A stretch of 63,842 bases of DNA, filler included, from Folioceros fuciformis (lineage: Eukaryota), in the NCBI GenBank assembly GCA_049999805.1. It is 10 parts of 10 records of this genome, joined end to end, with 100 filler letters (N's around TTAATTAATTAA, not from the genome) between each part and the next. Parts side by side here need not be neighbours in the genome. Positions count along the whole stretch, not along the records: positions 21,579 to 28,106 come from JBNGIO010001356.1; positions 28,207 to 38,652 come from JBNGIO010001357.1; 8 more parts are not named here. One strand, written 5' to 3'. Shown piece by piece: positions 22,701 through 33,809 of the stretch. The position numbers and the translations under genes are program-made. The notes beneath the pieces were generated by a model that worked only from the letters and a program-made list of their open reading frames with translations, had not been told where the DNA came from and did no database searches. Each line of letters begins with the position of its first letter. The first letter of the stretch is position 1.

Positions 22701-25274
22701 ATGGAGAATGGGGATGTCGGGAAGGGTGTGGTGGACGGAGAGGGAACTGGGAGGGGAAAGGGCATGGGAGGAGTTGATGGATCAGGAGACGAGGAGATGG
22801 AGGAGGCGGGGCCGGGGTTCTTTGTGGCGGTGCATGTTGGTGCCGGCTACCATTCGCCTGCGAGTGCAAAATTGTACCAGAGAGCAATGCGCAGGGCCTG
22901 TGTGGCAGCTGCTGCTGTTCTTGCACAGGTGAACACGGGGTCCTGGTTGCGCATTTGTTCCTCTTTGTGGCCGGGCGAGACTTGGAATGCGGAGGTGAAG
23001 GCAGGGTGACGTTGTGCTGTCGTGTTGGAAAGGATTTTTGTCTCTGGAGCTGGTGTAAAGGTGGCTGTGACGCCTTCGGGTTCTGCCTAGCTTGGCCTTA
23101 TTGGTTTGTGCCTCTCGGTGATGTGCTAGGGTGCAGGGAGGGGTTTGGATTCTGTGATTGCGGCCATTAAAGTGTTGGAGGTAGGGCGGAGAGGTTTTTG
23201 GCCGAGTGTTTTCGGGGGTTTGGGAGATTTAGGGCCCCGCCTTATGCGTCTGCCTTGTGGTCAGGATGACAAGGCAACGAATGCTGGAAAGGGTTCCAAT
23301 CTGACGGAGGACGGGCATGTTGAGTGTGATGCAAGTGTCATAGATGCGCAGACAGGTGCTTTTGGTGCTGTTGGTGCTGTCTCAGGTGAGTGATAATTTC
23401 TGTTCCTTTGCTTGAAGCGGTGCAGAACCCTTTGAACTTTGAACCTTGGGTATTGAGGTGCTGGTTACAGTAAGTTCTATTAAGGGCATGAAGACAGAGA
23501 GGTATACATGACAACCGAAATTTGGTTTCGCGCAGGAGTGAGCAATGCCATTGAGGTAGCAGGATGTTTGGCAAAAGAGAGCACGAAGGGACCTTTATCT
23601 CTTGGCCGAATTTCTCCCGTGTATTTATCCTCTTCAACTCATTTCCGTTTGCTGTGGCAAACTGCCTATTGTTTACTGAGAGCTGCATCCTGAACAAGAT
23701 GTTTTGGCCGTTCAAGTTTAAAGTATGTGTGGTATTGCTGTGTGCAGCTTCATGGTAGGAGATGGTGCTCGCGTCTGGGCAGCAAATCATGGGCTTAATG
23801 CAGCTGCTACTGCTGATGAGGCCGTCAAGGTAGAAGCCCTGATGGTTCCCATCACAGCATGAGAAGCTTAAATACAGCTGAAAAGTTGGCCCCTAATTAT
23901 TTTCTTTTGGCTTTGGACAGTGGCTTCTTACAGCAAGGACACGCAGACAATGGAGTAAATACAAAGACATGCTCTGTAATGCAGAACAAACAAATGAGTT
24001 GATGACTGCTCCATCTGCACGCATCGATTCAGAAACTGGTGGTTTTGGGGGTCAAACAGGTTTGGCGACATCAAACCAATGCATTGTTATTGAGCTTGTT
24101 GTCAGGCTAGAGGTATCTAACCACGCGTTGGTGATGGCGATTATTTCTTTTTCTTGGAATTGTTCGAAGTTGGGGTGGTGTGATAATATAGGTTCTTTGT
24201 GTTGTGGTTAGCACAGGAAAACTCTCGTCGAGGTTCTATCCAGGAAGTGCGTCTCGACAACATGAGTTCTCACTCGCCTGAGGATGAACCAGAAAGCGAC
24301 AGAGTTCTGGATACAGTCGGAGCTATCTGTGTCGATGCTGAAGGAAATATCGCAGCCGGTGTCTCCAGTGGTGGAATCGCCATGAAAGTGAGTTAACAGA
24401 CCGAGGAAAGGGTAGGTTTTTATCGGAATGGAAACTATTGAGGCGGTGTAAGCTGATTCATGTTCTTTTCGCGTTCGTTTTTCAGGCCAGTGGACGTGTG
24501 GGTGTAGCAGCTGCATACGGATGTGGATGCTGGGCTTGTGGGTCATCAGATTCGAATCTTGCTGTTGGTTGCAGTGTGTCTGGGGCGGGTGAACAAATGG
24601 TTCGCTGTTTTGCCGCCCGAGAATGTTGCTCCTCCGCCTTAAAGTACGCGTTGCTAGTTCGGCTGCTGCTGTTTCCCTGAAGTGTCTGTCCAACCTATTA
24701 AAAGGCCAGCTGGTCCCGTGCTAGTTTACATTTACGTTTGTCTAATTGCGTTGTTACCACTTTATGGATCCTCGTCTAGGTCTCAAGGAGGTCCCGCTCG
24801 AGCATGCGAAGAATTGCTTGAGAATATGATGAACCATGCCAATTTCGGTGGCCCTATCGATGCTGGCGTTTTGCTTCTGCAAGCTGAAAAGAAACAGGTG
24901 CTTTGACAACGGCTTTCTGTTGTACTGTGTAACGGGGTTATACATTCTATTGCCTGTTAGCGGATCCTGACCTGTAAATGTCTCTTTGTTAGGATGGAAC
25001 TAAATCTCAGCTCGCAACTGTAGAGCTGATCGCAGCATACACTGCCCCATCTTTCGGCATCGGCTATTTTGGAAGCTTCATGAACCGGCCCAAGGTTGAC
25101 ACCTCTGTCTCTACTGTTTCCTTGAGTCTTCTGTGCCTTTGCCGAAAGCTGAGACCCGCCTCATGCGCCTGTCACTTGTGTCTGCAGACCAAAATTTTGA
25201 GGAGATTAGGAACCCCGAATTCCCACAAGGTCCGTCTCTTTGCCACGCGCTTTGTTGTATCTTCCAGGAGGTGA
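22701..25274 (+). CDS. TASP1: Threonine aspartase 1 (Taspase-1, Ntn-hydrolase), multi-exon
   Basis: [54 protein letters not shown] (autocleavage site), [23 protein letters not shown] and SGAGEQM. The last exon ends ..VVSSRR*. Confidence 0.9.
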
Positions 25275-25834
25275 CGACAACCAGGAGTTGGAGGATTGAG
25301 AATGAAGTAGCGGACACTATTGAACACTCTCTGTGGACGTCTCTCGGTGAGTACGACTAGCTTTGGCAGATATAGCCGCAAATCCTGGGCATGCAAACGA
25401 TGCTGTCGTGTGGTGCCCGCAGGAATGCGCTAGGACAAAGATGTCCAGCCGAATTCCGGCGGAAAAAGTAAATGGAGACAGCGTGCGCTAAGGAACGATT
25501 ACAGATGCCACCAGCCATGGAGCTTGGGTGGGACACAGGTGTTGCGTCGCGTGAGCCTTAAAGGCGACGGAAGAGCTGTAGTAGGACATCGATGCGAATG
25601 CTCGTGATTTTTGAGTCCCATTGAGGATGAGTCAGAGACAACCGAGTTTTGGTAACGTTGTTATGTTCCTTAGATTGTGCCCCACTACGCCTGGACTCGC
25701 GGGTCAACCAACAGCCGGCTGTTACTTAGGCGACACTCGTTCCGGCTGTGAAAAAAAAATGGTTGTCTGAGGCACGGCAACATACACCACCATGCATAAC
25801 AGATAATAGTGACACATTATCATGAGGGAATGCC

Positions 25835-27437
25835 TCAAACAGGAGAGCGACATCCCTCGATCATGAGCCAGAAGCCAGTGCAAACGTCAGAGTCAAGTGA
25901 CTGCTGCACTGCAAGGAAGTGAAGACCTGAACAATCCCGTTTAGCAGCCTCCCAAGCCTCAGCTTCCTGGTCTGCTTGTTTGCTCCTGCGGTAGTAGGCA
26001 TACCCCCACCTGTCGGCTACACCTGTTGAGAGAATGAGGCAAGCTCGTTGCTTGTCCACAACTATGGATGACAGCTCCAATGCATTCGTCCAAGCTGAGC
26101 AGAAACAAGCCTCGTTTAGAAGTATAGCACAGTAAACCGTGCTTGCTTTCATGGCTAATTGCAGTAATGAGAAGGGTCCGTACCTGCCAAAGGAGTTGCT
26201 CGAGCTGAAGCAACTGCCACGCCAGGAATAACAGCGTCAGGAGGCAAATCCAAACCTAACACATTCATGTCAAATATCTTGCCGAAAGTGGATCCCAGTT
26301 CCACACTTGCCATCTCCTCTAGAACTCCTGGAGAAAGCGCCGCACACAGAAAGAAGGCGTGAGATCACATCCACCAGCCCCGCCCTCCAACGGAACTTCC
26401 ACACATTTATACCCTACGGTAAAGAGACACGGGAAGCGTACCGGAAAGGGGTAGCTGGACAAAGGCCCACTGTTCCCCCCGCAAGGTATCTGGCAAATCC
26501 TGCGGAAGAGGCTCTTCGAGAAGCACCAGAGGAGCAGCACTCTCATTGTAACCCGGGTGCAACCGGTATACGGTATCATTTCGTTCCGCCAGCCACCGCA
26601 CCAGCGTGATACACTGCAAAATCCAGACTCAATGGATGTCAGCCTCCAGACAACCCCACCACACCTACACTCGTCCAAAATGCATCACCAAACGCACCCT
26701 TTGGCTCGGAACCGGCTGAATATCCAGCTCCGTACAAGCCTTGGAGATGATGGTCTGCATTTGCGAGCTGCCACGTTTCCCATCCCAACATCAGCAACTC
26801 CTAGAGCCAACTAACCTCAACTGGACTCAACTCAACCCTGAGGCCCGAATCACACACACCGGAAGAAGCGCACTTTCAGCGGCCTCGGCACCCCCAAATT
26901 CCCCATGATATACGACAAGGTATCCCTCAACGTGACGCTGTTGATAACGTTACTAGGGAAGTAACGCGTGAATTCGAGCTGTCGCTTACTATCGCACACC
27001 ACGAGCTCCCACACCTTCTTCCCCCGCGCATCCAGAATGGGGCGAGAGCAGAAATCCAGCTCCCACTCCGTGATGGCCGAGACATCAGCATCCTCCGCCA
27101 CCCGCTCCACCACTCCCTCTTCCAGCTGTCCGGCTGCCGCGCCGCTGCTGCGCTCCGCCACCCCGTAGGGCGTGGCCTGCACCCGGCGAATGCCGCGTCC
27201 AGAGGGACCCGCCTCCAGCGCGCACATGAGAGGCGCGGCCGGCCGGGTCCTCTCGTCCCTGACCTGCGAATGCGCCAGCAGGCCCGCGGCCGCAGTGGAG
27301 GGCAGGGGCATGCTCAGCCGCTGGTGGCGGGAGAAGGAGTCAGAGGAGCAGGAAGAGGCGGAGGAGGAAGACGGGGCGAGACAGCAGGGGCAGCAGCCTG
27401 CCGCTGCTGCGCCTGCTGCTCCCATCGCCATCGCCAT
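25835..27437 (-). CDS. ATAB2: Chloroplast RNA-binding translation factor Tab2/ATAB2, multi-exon
   Basis: Ser/Ala-rich transit-peptide-like N-terminus; [42 protein letters not shown], and [23 protein letters not shown]. Confidence 0.92.
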
Positions 27438-27885
27438 TGCTGCCTTCCCTTCACGTCCCTTCCCTTCGCGCTGGGCACACGCTGCAGCCTCACCTCTTCC
27501 TGCTCAGCCTCTTCTATCTCCAGTTTTGTCACCTTGCACATAAGCGCTCAACCTTATATCGATACCACTGCTGTACTTCAAACTCTTGTACGTGACAGCT
27601 TTGTACATACAGAGCTATAATTATGTTCAAATGGCTTAGGTTGAATGAACAAATATTTTTTAAAACTTTAAGATTAAGCGTCCAACGTTTCTATTTTTAT
27701 GGGTTCTACTTAAGCCCTTTCTCCTTCCACATAATGATATTTTAGGTACTGGTAGTCATTAAGTTTAGGGGGTTCTTAGAGTCCCAATCATGATTTATTT
27801 CTTTAGAGATAAATGAGTTTTCCATATTGGGTGTAGACATAAGAATAATATATCTTTTTCATTTTATAACTTTACTATATATAGC

Positions 27886-28050
27886 AATGAAGGTTGGATT
27901 GGCAACTTCATTGCAAAGAGTGTTGGCCACCATAGGATGTAGGACACCAATGAAGGTTGGATTAGCAGCTCCATCAACTTTGCAAAGAGTGCTGCTACCA
28001 TAGGATGAAGGATGACAAATGAAGGTTGGATTAGTGGTTTCATTAGCTCC
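27886..28050. repeat. Diverged 60-70 bp tandem repeat (AATGAAGGTTGGATT...), about 3 copies
   Basis: AATGAAGGTTGGATT recurs at about 27887, 27949 and 28018. Confidence 0.6.
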
Positions 28051-28206
28051 AATACTAGGTGAGTCTTTGTCATCTTTGATGACAACATTCTAGGGCAATA
28101 TATAGTNNNNNNNNNNNNNNNNNNNNNNNNNNNNNNNNNNNNNNNNNNNNTTAATTAATTAANNNNNNNNNNNNNNNNNNNNNNNNNNNNNNNNNNNNNN
28201 NNNNNN

Positions 28207-29073
28207 CAGTCAAACCCCTCCAATTGGGACCCCTATAAATGGGAACCCTGGATGGAACGCCCGGGCTTAATCTTAAATGTGCTTACATGCTAAATGAAAA
28301 AAAATTAATTTATAAATGAGAATATATTTCCTAAATATTCAATGTAAATATATTTCTATAAAAAGAAAAAAATATTAAAAATTGAAGAAATTATGTTATC
28401 AAGATTAAATAATGAGTTATTGAGACTATATTAAGTTAAAGGCTATCTAGATTATATCATAAAACATAGACAGTCATCGAGATTGGACTTTGTGATCAGA
28501 AGCATTGTTCTTAGTACATAGGTTGTTTCGTTGAACAAGTTGTCTTATGGTGTTATAAGTTGTGTTATGGTGTTGTAAGTTGTTGTCTGTGAGATATTTT
28601 GTATCTGTTCCTTATTCATTCTCGAGGAACAATGCCGCCCAATTCGTCGTGTAAGCATGCTACCCTAACAAAGTAATAAAAGAAAGAGGTTTGCGCCAAG
28701 ACTGCGTACGACAAAGGATGCTGTAGATAATGCTATGAGGATAGCGAAGATGTTTTTGGAAGAGATGCCACGTAACACTCTTGATGTTGATGCTTTGAAG
28801 TTGCATTCTGAATTGGAAAAACATATTGCTAGTCATTGGATGAAAGCAGCTCAGCATCAATCAAGGAGTGATGATTATTTTAACCCAACAAACTAGAATT
28901 AGGTTGGTAGCTATGTAGTATGAGGGAGCATTTTAGATTTGTTGGAAGCTTTTAAGCTCTTTCGAATTTTTGATATTTTAGATATATATTTTTCAAAAAA
29001 TATGAAAATGCTTAAATGGAACCCCTTTAAATGGGACGATTTTTGCTACTCCCAATTGTTCCCAATTAGAGGG
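28207..29073. mobile_element. Possible Tc1/mariner-pogo-type MITE or non-autonomous element
   Basis: The left end is CAGTCAAACCCCTCCAATTGGGA; TCCCAATTAGAGGG at 29060-29073 is its near reverse complement and is followed by (TA)n. The interior is AT-rich with shared AAATGGGA/ACCCC subterminal motifs. The outer part of the right TIR is not seen. Confidence 0.4.
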
Positions 29074-29779
29074 ATATATATATATATATCCTTTATGTTT
29101 ATATTTTATTCTTTTTCCTTCATATTCATATTTCATTCTAGTTGGAAATATCATATGTTCTTGAAAGAGACAAAAATGCTAAGGAATAGGACACACGTGT
29201 TACACACTCATCTTTTTTTCCCTTACATATATACTTTCTACACGAATATACTTGGGATATACTTGGGAATCTGGACATATTTTGTAGTCTACGATCACCA
29301 TATCATTGGGCGGTCTAGCTGTTATTTGTGGACGGTTTTTTTCCCTTACGGACAAGGGTTGTTCAGCCAATAAGAGAGTAGATAGCAGCCGGATTTGCAG
29401 AGTTCCATTGACCCTCGTGTTGTGGCTTAACAAATTCTCCCAACTCTCCATCATCACCTCTCACAGTTCATGTTGAAAGGCTCATGACCAATACAATCAT
29501 TTGCAACAAAGTTGGCAATCTCTAAGTAGGTCTTGGCTTCTTAGATTAGCTATGTTGTGCCTTTCTAGGTGCCAAGCGAATGTCTCGACTTCGCCTCTTT
29601 GCTCTCTGCAATAATTTGGCTTCTTCTTTCGTCTCCCCAATGGCTTCTTCTTTCGTGAAGAAAAAAAAAGGCCTAGTGATATTAGCAGAAGCCTGCTACT
29701 AAGATTACAAAGTAATACATCCAAGAACAAAGGATCCTAGGGTGCTAAGACTAATTGACAATGGAAGCCTAAAGAGAGA

Positions 29780-30850
29780 GGCGATGCTCAACTTGATTCT
29801 GCAATTACGTTCCCCAAGGACAATTGTGGTTCCATGGTCCCTCACATCCTAAACCCAGAAATTCAACAAGCCTCCAATCCTTCTACCTAAACTTACCTGG
29901 AGAGGCCATTTAGAAGCCTTCTGCTACTACTGTCGGAATGTGTTCCCATACGCGCCACGCCAGGGCTTTAGTAGTCATTGCGGCCCTCATGCCATAAACC
30001 ATAGCCGCCCAATTTAACCAAAGGCAAAAGAGGCAGGAGCTCCATACCACACCCCACCATTTGTAATGAAGCAATGGCTCCCCTAAAACTTGATTTAGAC
30101 CAAAAAGGGTAGATTGTTGGGTGAGCTCCAAGTGGACTGGAGGGAAAAGCTTCTGAAGCCAACTCTCTGCCCCTCTCCAAACCCCTTGGGCAAAGTCACA
30201 GTAAAAGAACATATGCTGGCTTTTGAGAGCGGCTTCGCTCTGCCCCGCATGGATATTGTCAAGACAATGATGGGGTGCAAGGCTTGTTAAAAAATCTTCT
30301 CTTTAGTCCTACCAAGTTTCTCCAAGAGCCCCCTTGGCAAAGAAACCCTAAAGGATTGAGACACTTCTCCACCTACTTGTGTAGAAACATAAAATGCTCG
30401 GTCAAAATGAATGAGCACCTCTTGGTCTTCAATGTTAGAACCTCCCTCTCAAATATCAATGCCATGTGCGCCCCATGTTTCCTCTGGTACCTCTGTCTTC
30501 TTTAGCAAAGCATGTTTGATCTTTGTCTTCATTCCTGCCTGCAACCAAGTTAGCACAAAGCGAATGTGGCGCATCGGGATACCAAATTCTTCTTGAATAT
30601 CCTCTACTTCTTCCCAATAGCCCTCAATCCCGTTCCACAAATGTCCGAGTTGGAATAGCCCTTGGTGACCAGTTGCCCCAAAGATTTGCGAGCGTTTGTA
30701 ATGGTTGAAAGCCAAGACACATAGCACAAACGACGATGCTTGCTTCCATGATTGCATAAGTTTGCGCATTTTTGGTTGGGTAGCACAGCTGCAATAAGTG
30801 ATCCTCCACTCATCGTACAAAACATATGATATGCAAGATTTCTAGGTCTG
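29780..30850 (-). mobile_element. Degenerate L1-like LINE ORF2 C-terminal fragment (zf-RVT-like region)
   Basis: Minus-strand fragments such as FFYCDFAQGVW..WL and WWGVVWSSCLFCLWLNW are typical of the L1 C-terminal cysteine-rich region. Many stops and frameshifts. Confidence 0.55.
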
Positions 30851-31038
30851 AGGTTCTCAACCTTTTAGTACACGAGATAGTGTGCTAGGGTTGGAAGTTG
30901 TAACATAGAGAAAAGCAAGAAAGAGTAAATATAGAGTTTTTTGCAACTCGAGAACCAAGGTCCAAAAGTAGCACAAGCCCAAGGTTGTAAGAAGACCTTG
31001 CACTTACTAACATTCTCAACTCATTGTTCATGTTGTGA

Positions 31039-31285
31039 GGCCCAAACTTCATTGCAACGTGAATGCTAATTGAAAGCCAAGATGTTGCCAGGCCCAAACT
31101 TCATTGCAACGTGAATGCTAATTAAAAGCCAAGATGTTGTCAGGCCTTAACTTCATTGCAACGTGAATGCTAATTGAAAACCAAGATGTTGCAAGGCCCA
31201 AACTTCATTGCAATGTGACTGCTAATTGAAAGCCAAGATGTTGCGAGGCCCAAACTTCATTGCAACGTGAATGCTAATTGAAAGC
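31039..31285. repeat. 52-bp minisatellite, about 4.7 highly similar copies
   Basis: GGCCCAAACTTCATTGCAACGTGAATGCTAATTGAAAGCCAAGATGTTG.CA starts at 31039, 31091, 31143, 31195 and 31247. Confidence 0.93.
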
Positions 31286-31913
31286 TTGGCTATAGCTCGC
31301 TTATTTTGGAGAGCTACTATCCCCACCTAGTGAATCTTATCATATGAGAGTTGACATTTGACACTCCAACACTTTTAAACCCCTCACCTCCTTGAAATCT
31401 TGGCAAATCACAAGCTAGCACATCTGCATCCTCGTCAAGCAACATGTCCTTTTGTCTTGCAAATTGCAAGAGCATTGAATGCTCTTATGCAGTTAGTGCA
31501 CCATTATTGTGTGTCATGGGATATACGCATAATAGCTCCCACATACAGTTTGCATTTGATCAATTCATACTAAGTCCGTAAGGAATTTGGAATGTGTTGA
31601 ATCAACCAAAGGTAAGCATAGTTGCCATTCAATTTCAAGGTAACATGACCATAGGTTCTAGGTTTAGGGAGAAACAAATTAAGCTCAAAGACAACCTCGC
31701 TCCTAACAAAATGGTTCCTCCAACACCTATATGGACACAAAGGTGGACAAAACCTACGCCTACAACCTGTGGCTTGCCCGTCCTAACCTTGCACACCTCC
31801 AACCCCATTGATGGCCTCCACTTATGCAACACATTGTTTAATTGTTTGTTCCATAGATGGAGGAGGAGGCCACTCCATGGGCGTGGAGTGGCATCTGCCT
31901 TCTCGGTCTTTGC

Positions 31914-32240
31914 TGTAGGATCACTAGAGGAGCATGGTGGAGGAGAGGAGAAGAGGAGGCAGAGAGGAGAGGAGAAAAAGAGGTCACATTGAAAGTAGCT
32001 GGCAAGGGAGCTCAAGAGGGTATTTATACCCTCTAGAAGAGCTCCTTAGGAAGCTTCACAAGAAGCTCACAGGAAGCTGCGGAAGAAGCTTCCTACAGAT
32101 TAGCTTAAGCTAATCTAAAATAATGATACTTAACTAGACAATAATCTTAGACTAAACACATTAGTCTAAGCACATTAATTAGACACTAATCTTAGACTAA
32201 ACACAATAGCCTAAGCACATTGGGCTTTAATAACCCTACA
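31914..32240. mobile_element. Solo LTR (327 bp) with 5-bp TSD TTTGC
   Basis: Starts TGTAGG and ends CCTACA (inverted termini, TG..CA), flanked by TTTGC at 31909-31913 and 32241-32245. It interrupts a roughly 110-bp tandem duplication. Confidence 0.85.
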
Positions 32241-32879
32241 TTTGCAGTAGTGTGCGGTCCTCCACTTCAGCAACACATTGTTTAATGGGTTGTTCCATGG
32301 ATGAAGGAGGAGGCCATTCTATGGACGTGGAGTGGCATTTGCCTTCTTTGATCTTTACAGTAGTGTGGGGTCATTTTGCAAAGGTCCTTGGAGTCTAAGA
32401 TTGTGCAGTCTTTTTGAAAAGGCCCATGGAGTCTATGATTTTGTTTGAATACTGTTGTAGGGACATGTTGCCCTTAGAGGCTTGGAATAAAGACCGTACG
32501 TTTCCATTCTCTCTACCTTTCAGTTGCCCAAACGTATTGCGATTGCGAAAAATGACTTGGTCCTCTAGTCATGGTGACTTGGTTAACGTTTTATACCCTC
32601 AAAAAATAAAAACCATAATGAGATGTGTTAGGAAAAGTATGTACTAAGCTGGGCACCGTGTCCTAAAGAAAAAAAGGGGGTGATAGCCAAATCGGGATTC
32701 CCCGATGGCTGCACACTGCCGATATGCGATACACATATCGGTATTCCATACCTTTGTGTATGCACTCTTTTAAATTATTTTAGTAGTTTCTTATCCTCTT
32801 TAAAATATTCTTCAAGATGTTATTGGCGAACACGTTAAGCGATATTGCACTTCTTGTAATTGACTTTCAAGATCGTCTC

Positions 32880-33398
32880 TTAGTTGCATTGTCGGTAGAC
32901 TGTATGTAGGTCGTGAAGCTTAAGGGGATTTTGAGACATTCCTGGGGAAGGGAATGTCTCCCTGTTGCTTGGCGTCACCACTGTGAACACTGCAATCCCT
33001 TTAGTTTGCGTCCACACGGGTCCAAGCACCGGGCTGTTGGCTACATTCATTTCTGGTCCTGAGGCTGTTTCCAATTCCTTGGCTTCACAGTTCGCCATCC
33101 ATAGGCTCCCCAGACTTTCACAAGCGCCACCCGTGGTGGCGCATGCGATGCTCCTCCTGCAACTTCCGAGTTTCCCCGTCCGACTCTTGAGTGGAATATC
33201 ACGATTGTCATCCAACTGCTCCGGCAAGCTGAGCTCGTGCTCCTCAGGCTTGTCCGGCTCAGCCTTCCTCTTCTTCGGGCACACCGTAGCCCTTGGCTTC
33301 TTCAAGGCTTCGCGGCTCTTGCCATGGCCGCCGCCAATCTGCCTACGATGGCTTAAGTCCCCGACCTCCCAAAACAGCGACGACAGCGCGCGTCTCAT
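32880..33398 (-). CDS. Hypothetical 172-aa ORF, divergent from the PPR gene
   Basis: ATG-initiated, GC-elevated ORF with a basic NLS-like PKKRK; no family recognised. Confidence 0.25.
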   Translation of the reverse strand: MRRALSSLFWEVGDLSHRRQIGGGHGKSREALKKPRATVCPKKRKAEPDKPEEHELSLPEQLDDNRDIPLKSRTGKLGSCRRSIACATTGGACESLGSLWMANCEAKELETASGPEMNVANSPVLGPVWTQTKGIAVFTVVTPSNRETFPSPGMSQNPLKLHDLHTVYRQCN

Positions 33399-33809
33399 GG
33401 ACCCATAAAACTTAGCCTCTTGTGCCTAGTACAAAATATCCTCAAATAGAAACATAGATGGCTAGTATTAAACGGAAAGTTTTAACATAATTTCACTTGA
33501 GATCGCCAAGCCGGCTGCGTGCTGCTTGTTCGATTCCTTTCAGTGCAAATCCAGATGCCTAGAACTTCTAAAATGTGTTCAATGCTGCACAGTTGGGTTT
33601 GCAGGTGGTCTGCGATGGGGTCCGCTGGCCTGAGTTCAAGTTCTTTGGCAGGAAATGATGTAACCAGAGGTGAATGCCTTGCAACGAACTCCGTCTATGC
33701 AGTCGTCCCTCTGTTGGGGTGGAGGACTCATAATTCCTCTTCCGAGACTTATATACCTCTCCATCGTAGTGCAAATTCTCGATGATGTTTGCACAGGGAG
33801 TGATTCTGG

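Noticed and set aside
23621..23748. Possible U12-type intron in Taspase-1 (GTATTTATCCT)
   Set aside because: It does not match the GTATCCTT consensus at the donor and reads as a normal GT-AG intron.
31039..31285. CRISPR-like regular 52-bp periodicity
   Set aside because: The whole unit is repeated, with no unique spacers.
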